The notes under the pieces are model-generated. The model did no database searches and was not told the DNA's origin. It saw only the letters and a list, made by a program, of their open reading frames with translations. This document shows, piece by piece, positions 14,472 to 28,263 of a stretch of 64,000 nt of DNA. Source of the stretch: Octopus sinensis (Eukaryota); assembly GCF_006345805.1 (NCBI RefSeq), contig NC_043024.1:13454001-13518000 (forward strand), in the 5' to 3' direction. Both the position numbers and the translations under genes were made by a program. Each line of letters begins with the position of its first letter. The first letter of the stretch is position 1.

Positions 14472-14488
14472 CAACAACAACAATAATA

Positions 14489-14544
<56 letters not shown>

Positions 14545-14580
14545 TAACAACAGTAATAATAATAATAATATAAATAATGG
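14215..14580. repeat. (GAT)n/(AAT)n compound microsatellite
   Basis: Direct reading. Confidence 0.95.
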
Positions 14581-14986
14581 TAGTAATGCTGGCTATGGCT
14601 GTAATGAAGAGTATATTGTGGATTGAAAAGCCTGTAATTCGATAAGCGAATTCTTTGGTATCACATTTAGCTGTGCATTGTCGATTGTAGCCATCCAAAT
14701 GTAACTTTCGGATACTTCAAATGGAGATTGGAGATTCAATTGAGAACAGTGGGATTCAAGGCATCGCTAAAAAACTATGTGTGTATATATATATATATAG
14801 ATATTACTTGTATGTATGCATGTATGTATTCATATATATATATAATATATATATATATTAATACATATCTATATATATAAATGAATAAGTGGTACAATAT
14901 GGCACCATATTACTGGAAAATAGCAATAGATAGAAATACGACGCTATTGTATAGCTTCACTGCGTATTTACTAACAAAGACGTTAT

Positions 14987-15029
<43 letters not shown>

Positions 15030-15033
<4 letters not shown>

Positions 15034-15408
15034 GAGAACCTAGTCATGGCTTTGAGACAATTTCTGCGACCACATCACCCCAACATCTGGCCATCTAACT
15101 TCCTAGATTGCAACTCCCTTGAATATTATGTGTCGGGTGCAGTTGAACGAAAGACCAACAAAACTCCTTGTAACACCAAAGATGAACAGAAGACAAGGAT
15201 TGTGGTAGCATTCACCAAGCTTAAACAGGGAGACAATCCAAAAGAATTGCAGGGAATTCCAAAGTTGTCTGGAAGCCGTGGTTGAAATGAATGACGATTT
15301 CATTGAATAAATTTATTCTTTAGTATTTCAAGATAGTTTTAAGTAATTTTGATAAAGTTAGTTTTTATTTTCATTTTTGTGTAATTTAGTTTTATTCACT
15401 GAACCATG
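15030..15408 (+). mobile_element. Tc1/mariner DD37D (maT-type) transposon 3' fragment
   Basis: HHPNIWPSNFLDCNSLEYYVSGAVE is a degenerate WPPNSPDCNPLDYYVWGAVE. It ends in a TIR-like tttattcactgaaccatg followed by TA. Same family as 25296-26499. Confidence 0.85.
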
Positions 15409-16424
15409 TATATTCAGTTGAGAAGAGGGTGTTTCGTAAAAATAATTGACAGAGAATACGACATTCGTAGTCACCAGCAAACGTTCCAGCTCTGGTTGCA
15501 AGGAATATAGCACAAGGAATATCATTCAGAAAACATCATCCACTTCTGGATATTATTGCCAGTATCCTGAGCCACGAAGGGCCGATTACAGCATGACACC
15601 TTTCGGTATAATTGAATGAATTGTTACTCATTAACATCAGAGTGGAATAGAGTGACATGAACTGAATTGTTTTGCGGAAGAACAAGGTTCACATTCTGTT
15701 CGGGGAGTAAAACTACGACCTTGCGATGGTGAATGAATGCCCTAGCTAGAAGAACACTCACCTGCATTGAAAACACAAGAGTAACACTGGAATCGTTACA
15801 GATTGAACTCACTAAACTACACATTATTAAAATCTAATTTATTAAAATTAGTGAAATCTTGTCAATGCAAAGCATTTAATAAGCTAAAACACATCATAAG
15901 AACAATAATGACTAAATTCAGATATTGGCCGTGTTTCTGATTGGTTGACGTTCTACAAATTCTAACCGGATTGTATCCAATCACGGCATCTTATTTAGGA
16001 GGAACACAATAAACGAATGTGTACCTATGTACAATATATGTGAAACTGAGAAAGGATGGCCGCGGATGAATCACTATTGATCATAGGTCCACTCAATAAG
16101 TTATAACCCCAGATAAATGAACAACAACAAGAATGGCAGAAACATCTTCTATACAATCTATGACACGAGATCAATATGAATAATCAATTATTTAATTGTG
16201 TCATGTTGAAGGTGTGATAAAAGAAGATAATTGCTTGACGATTTACAAATCAATCCATTGAAAAGCTATTGAAATATCGATTTAGCAACACGTCAAATTC
16301 TTCAACTATCCATCATCGGAATACACAGTTCTGTCGTCGTAGAATTTACTACAGGGAAGAAGATTTGATACAAAGAACAAACATTTACCATTGAAGTAAA
16401 GTAAAAGACCACTCGATTGATGTC

Positions 16425-16720
16425 ATCTCTCTGTCTCTCTCTCTCTCTCACTTTTTCTCTGTCTCTGTCTCTCTCTCACACACACACATACACAAACACG
16501 CAATGACACACACACACACACAATGACAGACATAGAAACACAAACACACATACAAACACAGACACACAAAAACACACACAAACACAATGACACAAGCACA
16601 AACACACACGCAAACACACAAACACATAATGACACGTACGCTCGCGCGCGGCATACACACACACACACAAACACACACAATGACACATACACGCGCGCGC
16701 GCACACGCATAGACACAGAA
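16425..16720. repeat. (CT)n/(CA)n compound microsatellite
   Basis: Direct reading. Confidence 0.9.
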
Positions 16721-17161
16721 GTAAGTCTATGTCGTAAACATCCAAACATGTCAAATCTCCCTGTTTCTGCATCGATTCAAACTAAAAGATGAGCAGACCG
16801 TCAGCAGTTTTCAAATCTTTTCGGGTTCCCGTCAGCGGTGTCTTCTACATCACCTGACAAATCCCAGAGACACAAGCCTTCTCACTCTACAAACACATCA
16901 AATTAGGTGCTTCAGAGAGGTGGAGCTACTATTTACATGAAAGTATTTAACACCTTATCATATACGTAAACGCATACACACACAAGTACCTTATACACAC
17001 ATACATAGATACATATATACATATATGTGTGTGTATGCGTGTAGGCGTGTTCGAGTGTCTATGCGTAAATATTCCATGTATATTACAAAGAATTATTAGC
17101 TATATTATATTCAAGTCTCAATATACTGTTTGATATCTCCACTATTATGTTATAGTTACCA

Positions 17162-17394
17162 AGGCGGTGAGCTGGCAGAAACGTTAGCACGCCGGGCGAA
17201 ATGCGTAGCCGTATTTTTCTGCCGTTACGTTCTGAGTTCAGATTCCGCCGTGGTCGACTTTGCCTGTCATCCTTTCGGGGTCGATAAATTAAGTACCAGT
17301 TACGCACTGGAGTCGATGTAATCGACTTAATCCGTTTGTCTGTCCTTGCTTGTCCTCTCTGTGTTTAAGCCCTTGTGGGTAGTAAAGAAATAGG
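17162..17394 (+). mobile_element. tRNA-derived SINE family B, full length
   Basis: Head ggcggtgagctggcagaaacgttagc, B-box-like gagttcagattcc, central gcctgtcatcctttcggggtcgataaattaagtaccag and 3' ccttgtgggtagtaaagaaa. Homologous to 61283-61416. Confidence 0.85.
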
Positions 17395-17550
17395 TATTTA
17401 TATTCTGAGTTCAAATTCCGCCGAAGTCGATTTTACCTTTCATTCTTTTGGGGTCGATAAATTAAGTACCATTTGCCTAATAGGTTCGATCTAATCTACT
17501 ACCCTCTTCCCCCCAAAAATTTCGAGCCTTGTGCTTAGAGTAGAAAATAA
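17395..17550 (+). mobile_element. SINE family B-related copy, 5'-truncated, different tail
   Basis: ctgagttcaaattccgccgaagtcga..ggggtcgataaattaagtacc repeats the body of the preceding copy. Confidence 0.75.
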
Positions 17551-17574
17551 TATCGTATATTTACCCGAGTTAGC

Positions 17575-17785
17575 GATGGTCGGGGCAAGATGCCGACCGC
17601 GCCGGACGAAATGCCGTTAAGCATTTCGTCAGTGTTTAAATTGAGTGTTAACATTTCTGCGAGGTCCACTATGCCTTTCATTATTTCGGGGTCGATAAAA
17701 TAAGTAGCAGTCGAGCTCCGGAGGTACATGTAATCGACAAAACCCCTGCCTCGAAATTGCTGGCTTTATGCTAAAGTTTGAAACA
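17575..17785 (+). mobile_element. SINE family B-related copy, diverged
   Basis: cgaaatgc..atgcctttcattatttcggggtcgataaaataagtagcag..tgtaatcgac. Confidence 0.65.
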
Positions 17786-17790
17786 GATAT

Positions 17791-18198
17791 AGGCGCAGGA
17801 GTGGCTGTGTGGTAAGTAGCTTGCTAACCAACCACATGGTTCTGGGTTCACTCCCACTGCATGGCATCTGGGGCAGATGTCTTCTGCTATAGCCCCGGGC
17901 CGACCAATGCCTCGTGAGTGGATTTGGTAGACGGAAACTGAAAGAAGCCTGTCTATATATGTATAGATAGATGTATGGTGTGTGTTTGTGTGCTTGTGGT
18001 TTGTCCCCCTAGCATTGCTTGACAACCGATGCTGGTGTGTTTACGTCCCGTCACCTAGCGGTTCGGCAAAGAGACTGAGAGAATAAGTACTGGGCTTACA
18101 AAGAATAAGTCCCGGGGTCGATTTGCTCGACTAAAGGCGGTGCTCCAGCATGGCCGCAGTGAAATGACTGAAACAAGTAAAAGAGTAAAGAGTAAAGA
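17791..18198 (+). mobile_element. SINE family A, full length, young
   Basis: aggcgcaggagtggctgtgtggtaag head through a (gtaaaaga)n tail; highly similar to 26530 and 59423. Confidence 0.95.
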
Positions 18199-19736
18199 GA
18201 GATATCTTATATTGGCCCTGTTCAAACTCCACCTATTTTACACGTTACAGATACTCCAAATAATATAATCTTCTGCCAGCTACATTACACATATCCTGTA
18301 CTTATGCAATGAAGTAATTCAACATAGAATGGTTTTTAGTTAAACGAATTGGATGAGGTGAATGACATAACATTTGCACAGGTCTCTTATGAGGATGCTG
18401 AATTATAAATACCTCCCGAAGACAAAACGGAAAAGCGGATTCCTGAGATGAGGACAATGAAAGAGCATTCTGCGATATATGACCTCCCTAGTTTCCGATG
18501 TATTTTATATGGTATGGTTACTGCGTTTTATTCGATGGAGGTGATCATGGATGAAGTTTTATATAGATTTCTATTATTACATCCACAGGGTTTGTAAATG
18601 AAAAAAATATTGGTAACTTTTGATATAACAAAGAATGTATCAACACACATGCACATACCCATAGATACAAACACATATGTGCATATATATATAAAATAGA
18701 AAAGAGTGAACAAATTACATAAGGCTTGTTTTATAAGGTTAAAGAATATATTTAAGTCGTTACGTTAGAAAACTGTTATAAAATGTTGTGTATAGTAACG
18801 TAGTTTTTGGAGAAATAACCTGTTTCGTGTAAACTTTTCAAATTTCCCTCTAAAGATGGATGATGATTGCTCAACATTTTAAAACTGTTGTAATATTTAC
18901 AATATTTAATAAAAAGATTTAGCGTGAAACGTTCGTACCAAATTACTGGGAGATATACTTGTTGCTTATTTTGATTATATATATATATATATATATATAT
19001 TAATAGTTATCGCCAAGCTAATATGGCAGTCCATAAATATAAGACTAAAGCTGCCGTTGATTAGCTCCAAGAGGCCATCGCCTCTAGCTAGCTATATGAC
19101 ACACGAACCTGTGTCCTTTAGAGATACTTAAAAATTTCTCTCTCTCTCTCTCTCTCTCTCTCCTCTCCTTTATATATATATATTATATATATATATAATA
19201 TATATATAAGACACAACGCACGCATTAATAGAGAACATCAGCATGCAGCCATGTCGAAAGTAAGTTCATACCCCACCGCACACATAGATATATGCGCTAG
19301 GGGTTGCTGAAATTCCTGGCGTTAAGTTCGGAATCCTAAAATTGCGAGTTCTTTTACCTGAATTCGAAAAGCTGAAGGACGGCTATAAAAAATGAAATTG
19401 AGATAGGAATATGTTGAATAAGATCATAATAAACTGCTCGTCCTGTCTAAAGCCAGGAAGATCTCTTCACCCAGTCATCTATAAACTACGACATTTGTGA
19501 CGAAATCTAAAACTCAGAATTGTCAGCGTTGCTACTCGGAGACTTTCGTTACTACATGTGTGTGCGTGTGTGTGTGTGTGGATGTGTGTGTTTGTAAGTG
19601 TGTGCGCGTGTGATTGATTTGTGTGTGTGTGTCCGCTGGTGAATGAGTGTGCATCTATCTGTCTATCGATCTATTTTCTCTCTCTCCTCTCTCTCTCTGT
19701 ATATATATGTATACATATAATATATATATATATATA

Positions 19737-19815
<79 letters not shown>

Positions 19816-19883
19816 GTGTGTATGTGTTTATGTGTTTGTAGTGTATGTCCAGTTTCTATCTATCTCTCCTTCTGTCTTGTGCG

Positions 19884-19921
<38 letters not shown>

Positions 19922-19923
19922 AT

Positions 19924-19962
<39 letters not shown>

Positions 19963-20928
19963 ATTAATGTAATTATGTATGTATATATGTGTGTGTCTTT
20001 GTGTGTGCGTGTGTGTCTTTGTGTGTATGTGTGCGTGTTTATGTGTGCATGTAGGTAGGTGTGAATTTAATGTCTAGAATCTATAACACGTGAGCTTAGC
20101 AAAATGTGTCACCATTCCATGTCGCTAGAAAATGTCTAAATCAATTTTAATTATCGGCGATGGGCGGCGCAAAAGCAGTCACAGAAACGTTATCGAAAAC
20201 TTATTCATTTCGTCTCTTGTATATTTCTGCCATTATCTCTGATCCTTATTACATATTTATGAAATGTCATTAGATAAGAGAAATAACAATACACTTAAAA
20301 ATAGAAGTATACTATTATATATCTTGTTGTATACACACATATGTATACATACAAACATATTGACGTACGGACATTCATATAAACATACTTTCATATATAC
20401 AAATATACATACATGTATGCGTGTATATATACGTATATATTTCGGTGTGCATATGTCTATGCATAACAATGTGATAGTATTTATATTCTATACTGATGTA
20501 TATAGGTGCACAAATAAGCATGCACATATACATCTAGACATATAAATTTATATGTGCATATATGTAAATTGTGTGTTTTTGTGTGTATAGATAGATATAT
20601 AGCTATCGATATACGTATATATATGTGTGTATATACATTTATAAATATATACTTGTATTTCCCCCTCTCTCTCTCATTATATATACATATGTTTATATAT
20701 ACGTATATACATATATATACATACATACATACATATATATATATATAATATATTATATATATATATTATATATATATATACAGACATACGAATGCATTCG
20801 CCCCCACGCCTCCTCCCGCGCGCACAAACATAACACACACGCACACACATATATATATATATATACATATATATATTACATATATATATATATTTATTTA
20901 TTTATATATTTTGCTTTTATCGTATATT

Positions 20929-20984
<56 letters not shown>

Positions 20985-21015
20985 TACATATAGATGGACG
21001 AATTTGTATATGTAG

Positions 21016-21077
<62 letters not shown>

Positions 21078-22394
21078 ATATATATAAATATACTATATAC
21101 ACACAGAGGAATAGAGTGCGAGAGGTGGGGAGAGAGAAAGAGAGATGCATCCACATATGTGTACAAGAATGGACGTATTCACTTAAACATGTGTTCCTAA
21201 AATAAAAGGAAGAAAATAGCAAAATATTAAAAGCAAAAATTCCAGTGAGAATTAATGTTCGCTTATGTTAAATATTACATGATATTTATGATCGATATTG
21301 TTTTCTGAAAACTTTGAAATTTCGACATATCTATATTTAAATAAACATACGGCGAACTAAGCCTTTAACATGAAAAATAGATGTAAGTTGTAAGCCTATT
21401 AATATTGAAATACATGAGAACGTGTCTGATGTTTACGTATTCATATTTCACTTTCTGACATATGTTCGGAAATTATCCGACATGATTAGAAAAGCTCCAT
21501 TCTCTTACAATTTATTTCATCTTCCATTTTGATGGCCGGCTCTGTTGTTGAGTACGGGTTAATAATTAAATGCTGTGATGTCGTATGATTGGAAAGTTTC
21601 TGATGGCGAGGAAGATATAATTTCACGAATTTTATAGAAATGTATTTTTATATTCCGAGTTCAAAACAGGATCCTATTTCGTCTGTCACGTTCCGTTCGA
21701 TAAAACTATGCTTGTGTTTAAAAGTGGAGTTGATTTTAATCAATGATAAAATGATCCTCCGTCGATTTTTACTCGCAGGTCCTTACCATGCAATTTATAG
21801 AAATTTCTTTTTATATTTTGAATTAAGACCAGTAGCTTATATTGCCTGTAATCCTTTCCCAATCGCCTCGATAAATAATTTTCCTGTTTAATGAAAGGGT
21901 CAACTTAATAGATGTTAAATTGGGTTTCTGTCGGTTTCGACGAGGTCTTCCTTTCCATACAGTTTATAGAAACACACTCTTATATTCTGAGCTCAAACTA
22001 AAATTCTATTTTCCCTGTCGTTATTTGGCTCGATGAGACAAAATCCATGTTTAAAAATTAGGGCCATTTAATCGAGTATAAAGTGACTATTGCCGGTTTT
22101 GACGACGTATTGTTTGATGATCGTAAACAGCTGCTACTTGTGTATAAGTTGCTGCGCTAAGTATCCTATAGAAGTGTGTTCTCTTAACGACATTCACAAA
22201 TTCCCACGTAAAAAATTTCTCTTTTGTTCTACAAAGTCTCTACAAGTCATTCACACGCAACACACACACACACACACACACACCAACAACACACAACACA
22301 CATACAACACACACACACACACACACACACAACACACCACCACACACACACACCACACATATATATATATATATATATAGATATATATATATAC

Positions 22395-23432
22395 ATATTT
22401 TAAACTTAATAAAACAAATTCTGTTTTTAATCTGAAATATATTCTCCGCCACTATTAGATGCTCTTGTACGTGACAAAATTATTTCTCCGTTACTGTTCT
22501 GACCTTGTCCACAGAATTCATATTTTTCCCGTCCAAAGGATTTTGATGACTGCGCAATAAATGATAATCAGATGAGGCAATGGCCGGTGAATACGGTTGG
22601 TGGGGCATTTTCCATTCAAGCTGCTCCAGTATTTGAAATGTCACCCTCGCTGTATGTGGCCAATCATTATCCTGATGGAAGAACACCTTTCGTCTTGAAA
22701 CCAAAGATGGTCGTTTTTCTTCTAGTGCTGACTAAAGCCTCTCAAGCTGCTCGCAGTTGATCTCCTTTGTTATCGATTGATTTCGGTTCAAAAATTCAAA
22801 GTACATTAAACCTTTCATATCCCACCAACAGACAGCAAACAACTTACTTGGGTGAGGACCTTCTTTACCCTGGGGTGCCGTTGTTTCTCCTGTCCCTACC
22901 CACTGTCATCGGCACTTCATATTTTTGTAGAGAACCCATTTCTTGTCACTAGTCACTAATCGGTCCAAAAAGGACTCTTTCGTGAGACGTGACAGCAAAG
23001 AAGAGGACACATTAACTCGTGGGCGCAATCGGATCCGGAAATTTGTTGAGGAACCCAGTGACCCAGCTTGCTGTCTTTTTCGGTGGCATTCAGATGTCGA
23101 TGAATGATTAAAAGACTGAATCCAAGCTTCTCTGTAAGTCTGTCAATAGTTTCGATGGGTTTTTGTTCCATCAATATTTTTCTGTTGCCTTGTAGCCTTT
23201 ATTGAACTCATAAACCGAATTATGCCGAATATGCTCCTCCATTGTCACTTCCATTATAGCTTTGAGAAAATAACTGTGACAAGCGAACTGCACTCTGCAA
23301 GACTAGCACTAAGATAATAAAAACGTATAATTACTACCTGCATTTTAACAAGCTGTTGCAGGTAGTTTATTCCGCTCTCACATCTGACTTTTAATTCATC
23401 CATTGAAAACACCGCATTATTTACGGGATGGC
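22395..23432 (-). mobile_element. Mariner (DD34D-type) transposon relic
   Basis: Minus-strand ORF pieces EKLGFSLLIIHRHL..KLGHWVP and FHQDNDWPHTA..HQPYSPAIASSDYHL are mariner WVPHEL, QDNARPH and YSPDLAPSDY relics. TIR-like accgcattatttacgggatggc at 23411-23432. Confidence 0.9.
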
Positions 23433-23498
23433 TCTCTCTCTCTCTCGTATATATATATATAATATAATATATTATATACATATATATATATATGCATG

Positions 23499-23531
<33 letters not shown>

Positions 23532-23639
23532 AATATATATATATATAATACATATATTATAACATATATATATGGCATGTTATATATAAATGTATATATA
23601 GGTATGTATATATATAAATAATATATATATATATAGATA

Positions 23640-23680
<41 letters not shown>

Positions 23681-23951
23681 GTATATATATATATATGTAT
23701 CTATATATATATATAATAATATATAACACCCACACACACTATATATATAATAATATACTATACATATATATATATATATATACACACATCTGTTGGCACT
23801 GGAATGGAGTAGCATTTTGAGAAGGTTGCATTGTTCATGGCGATCATTGAAATATGGATTTGATCACATTGATATAAATATCTACGCCCTAAATGTCGTC
23901 TTTATGAAATGTACTTTTACGTTGATTGTAGAAACATCTGTGCTGCAAACC

Positions 23952-23982
<31 letters not shown>

Positions 23983-24012
23983 CCCACACACACCCACTAC
24001 ATACATATAATA

Positions 24013-24046
<34 letters not shown>

Positions 24047-24197
24047 CACGTATGTATGCATGTACTGTATATATAATATACATATATAATATTTCTCTTA
24101 GATGTATATATATATATATATATAATATATATATTATATACACACATATATATTTACACCGATAAATACACACACGCAACACATGTAGACATACTAT

Positions 24198-24362
24198 TAT
24201 TTAACTCATTTTAGTCACTGGACTGCGGCCATGCTGCAGCATCGCGTTCAAAGGTTTTAGTCAAAGAAGTCGACCGAAAGGACTTTATTTTTTGAAACCT
24301 AGTACTTGTTCGATCTCTTTCGCAAGCAGTTGTCAATTAGTGGTGGGCGGACAACACAGACA
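24198..24362 (-). mobile_element. SINE family A 3' fragment
   Basis: gactgcggccatgctgcagcatcgc..ttagtcaaagaagtcgacc matches the family A tail. Confidence 0.7.
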
Positions 24363-25109
24363 CCATGATACAAACACACACACCACACACACACACCACA
24401 CACACACACACAAACACACACACAAATACACACACTTAAACACACATATATATGTATGTATGTGTACATATTATATATGTGTGTGTATGTATGAGTGCAC
24501 ACACACAAATATAAACATACACGTGTACATTCTATGAAAGATATGTGTGTAAATAAGATATGTTTGTCTTTATGTAAACGTGGACGGATGTAGGTATTAT
24601 CGCTGTGTGTTTACATCCGTTTGTGTGTTGACCACGTTGGAGATAAATGAAAATTGCGAAGTTGCTGACGCCGTGTTCTATGAATGCACAAAAGAATGAA
24701 GAGAACTTCCCTTTCGTTGGAGATGAGACTCTGGGGAGTCTTTGTGTAGGGCTACACCGAACAGGAAGTGATACTGGAAGGAGGGATATTCAAAGCGGAA
24801 ATGCCGGGCAACGGTATGAACGTCATTATCAGATTCTAACTAAGTGCGTACTAAAGCGTCGTTGGGATTTCATGTCAGCTTTGAGAGATGCGAGATTAAA
24901 TACCAGAAGGTATTTTATCGGACGCCCTATCGAATCAGTTCATTCACCGCAGTGAAACAATATTTTGACATCACATTAACGTGAACGAACTTTATTAACC
25001 GAAACTATTCATATATTATTATGCAATATACATACATATATATGTTATATATGTATATATAATATAATGTATGCAGTGTATATATGTTATATATATTATG
25101 TATTATATA

Positions 25110-25151
<42 letters not shown>

Positions 25152-25295
25152 TATATAGATATATGGAGAGAGAGAGAGAGAGAGAGAGGAGACAGACAGA
25201 CAGATGGAGAGATAGATAGATAGATAGATAGATAGATGATATAGATAGAGAGATAGATAGATAGATAGATAGATAGATAAATAGCTAGATAGATA

Positions 25296-26499
25296 CAGGT
25301 TGCGGTGAATAAATGGTTTAAATTACACAAAAATGAAAAGTAACACTTTTAACAGACATATTTACCAAAATTACTTTAAATATTTTGAAATACGAAAGAG
25401 TCAATTTATACAGTAAAATCGACATTGACTTCAACCACGGCCTCTAGACGACTTCGGAACCTCCTGCAACTATTCTGGACTGTCTATTTTCGTTGGTGAA
25501 TGCTGCCATAATCTTTGCTCAACTGCGCCCCACACATAATAATCGAGTGGGTAGCAGACTGGGTAGTTAGGTAGCCAGATGTTAGGCGTGATGTGGTCGT
25601 AGAAATTGTTTGATAACTTTGAGTGGATATTCCTGCTTGTGTGGCATGATGCAGAGTCCTCTTGCCTGATATAGAGTTTGCCAGCAGCCACCCTCTTGAC
25701 CTACGGAAGCACTACTTCCTCCAGCAATTTGATGTTGGCCTCCAAGTTGTGTATGCGGCTGAGTGGGAAAATGAATGGAAGCATAACGTCGCTGTCACTA
25801 GTGATCACTCAAAACCCCACGATGTTGACAATATGTTTAATTTTTATCACTCTCGGTACATGTTTTGGGGGCACGGCAAGCCATTCGTTATGCCGTATCT
25901 TCACCATCTGATCCTGGCAGAAGCTCTTCTCGTCTGAGATGAACCAAGCCATGTCCGGTTGGAGGAGATGGTTGAGTTTGTTCGAAAGCTTCGTAGTGCG
26001 GACCTTCCTCGTGTTTTTGATGGCTTGGGGGTAGAAATTGGTACTTTCTCATCTTGTATGAGGAACACTGAATGTCTGATGGGAAACTCAGACACCTCCA
26101 TGTCCCTGGCGATGAACTTAAATCGTTGTCAATCAAAACCCGAATCTCACCAAGAAATTTGGGAGTTCTTTTCTTATCAGAACGATCAGCCTGAATTTTC
26201 CAAGCTTTCGTAATCACCATTAGACTCATCAAACTCTTCCTGAATCGTGTTTACTGTCCACAGATTGACACTCAAACATTCTTAAATGTTCGCATTGGAG
26301 ATTCCTGCGCAACTGCCAAGCAGCACGGCATGTTGTTTCCAAATTTCTGGTAGAGCGAATTGCGTCATGGCGCTATCTTTCTCACAGACGGTGCCCAGCT
26401 GACCCTACTATACTGTGTAGTCAACAAACTCAAACGAGAACAATGCGTATGCGAAAGGTTAAAGATATAAGTTGGCGAGAATTTATCTATCGCAATCAG
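25296..26499 (-). mobile_element. Near full-length Tc1/mariner DD37D (maT-type) element, transposase pseudogenised
   Basis: TA-flanked TIRs: caggttgcggtgaataaat at 25296 and a degenerate reverse copy atttatctatcgcaatcag at ~26481-26499. Second and third catalytic Asp are 37 residues apart (D-SASCHTSRNIHSKLSNNFYDHITPNIWLPNYPVCYPL-D). HTH and SDEK region present but frameshifted. Confidence 0.9.
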
Positions 26500-26529
26500 T
26501 ATATATATATATATATATTATATATATGT

Positions 26530-26950
26530 AGGCGCGGGAGTGGCTGTGTGGTAAGTAGCTTGCTAACCAACCACATGGTTCCGGGTTCAATCCCACTGCG
26601 TGGCATCTTGGGCAAGTGTCTTCTGCTATAGCCCCGGGCCGACCAATGCCTTGTGAGTGGATTTGGTAGACGGAAACTGAAAAAAGCCCGTCGTATATAT
26701 GTATATATATATATATGTATGTGTGTGTCTGTGTTTGTCCCCCTAGCATTGCTTGACAACCGATGCTGGTGTGTTTACGTCCCCGTCACTTAGCGGTTCG
26801 GCAAAAGAGGCCGATAGAATAAGTACTGGGCTTACAAAGAATAAGTCCCGGAGTCGATTTGCTCGACTAAAGGTGGTGCTCCAGCATGGCCGCAGTCAAA
26901 TGGCTGAAACAAGTAAAAGAGTAAAAGAGTAAAAGAAAGAGTAAAAGAGT
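26530..26950 (+). mobile_element. SINE family A, full length, young; intact Pol III boxes
   Basis: A-box-like tggctgtgtggtaag, B-box ggttcaatccc, internal (TA)/(TG) tract and (gtaaaaga)n tail. Confidence 0.95.
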
Positions 26951-27639
26951 ATATATATATACTGATGTACATACATGCGCTCACACGTTTTTCCATAGAC
27001 ACCCTCAAACACATGTTTATATAAATATATAAATGTACTTTTGATCGTGTTCGTCTGTTTGTGTTTGTGTGGGCGTCTGCGTGTATATGTATGCCTGTTT
27101 GTGTGTAGTAGTATACACATGTATGCGCGTTCTCACGTGGGTTCCCTCCTACGTGTTAATGGGTGGTATGTGTGGAAAGGAAAGGCTAATGCCAGGCTGC
27201 CTTGAAATCACGTTTGACGATGAGCGTAAACGAGATGTCACTCTGTTATTTAATGTTTAATTACATTACAATTATCAAAACAAAACGAATTTGTGAATGA
27301 CACTTAATAGAATCTATTTCCCAATGTCTTGTAGAAAAATAATTAACGAAAATAAATTAAAAAATACCATAAAGTAAAATATAAAAACATGCTATTTTAA
27401 TTATTTCATAGAAAATAAATTATTTCCATATTTAAATCAAATTTTCCTTCGTTTTCTCTCACTGCTTTTCTTGGAATATTTCAAACTGAGAGGTTCTTTC
27501 TCTCGTCTCTGTCATTCCGGCGCAATTTATTGCGCAAAGATCAATTTGTAATGGTTTCGGAAGAATGTGTTTTAATGGTTGCGGTTCTGATGGAAATGAA
27601 GACGGCTAGGGGGCGCTGTCGTCGGTTGCGTGGCTGTTG

Positions 27640-28227
27640 TATTTTTTATTGTTGTTTTTGTTGTTGTTGTTGTTGTTGGCGGTGGTGGTGGAGGTGGTGG
27701 TTGTGGTGGCGTGTTGTGGGTGATGCTGGTGGTGAACACGATGCTGTGATGATTGTGATGTTGATGATGATTGTGAGAACGATGATGATTATGATGATGA
27801 TGATGTTGATGGGGATGATGATGATGATGATGATGATGATGTCGATGATGATGATGATGAGGAGGAGGAGGATGTTGATGATGATAATGAGTAGGACGAG
27901 AAGGTTGGACTCGATGGTGAGCTGAGGATTGTGATAATGTTGACGTTGACGATAGAAGTAGGATTGGCGGTAATGGCGTTGTTGATGTTATTATTCCTCA
28001 CAATGATGTTGATGATGATGTTGAAAATGATGATGATGATGATGATGATGATGACGAGGATGATGTTGATGATGTTGATGATGTTGATGATGTTGATGAT
28101 GATTGATGATGATGATGAGATGATGATGATGATGATGATGATTGATGATGATGATGACGATGAGGATGAGGATGATGATGATGATGACGACGACGACGTT
28201 GATGATGATGATGAAAATGAGGACAAC

Positions 28228-28263
<36 letters not shown>

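Noticed and set aside
15470-15780. Possible CR1 3' end on the minus strand (RSFTPRT)
   Set aside because: Single weak motif; insufficient to call.
17791-17870. tRNA-like sequences with A and B boxes (also at 17162, 26530 and 59770-59840)
   Set aside because: They are SINE heads followed by SINE bodies, with no complete cloverleaf or acceptor stem.
24647-24955. 102-aa non-repetitive ORF
   Set aside because: No recognisable motif or splice context; the length is compatible with chance.
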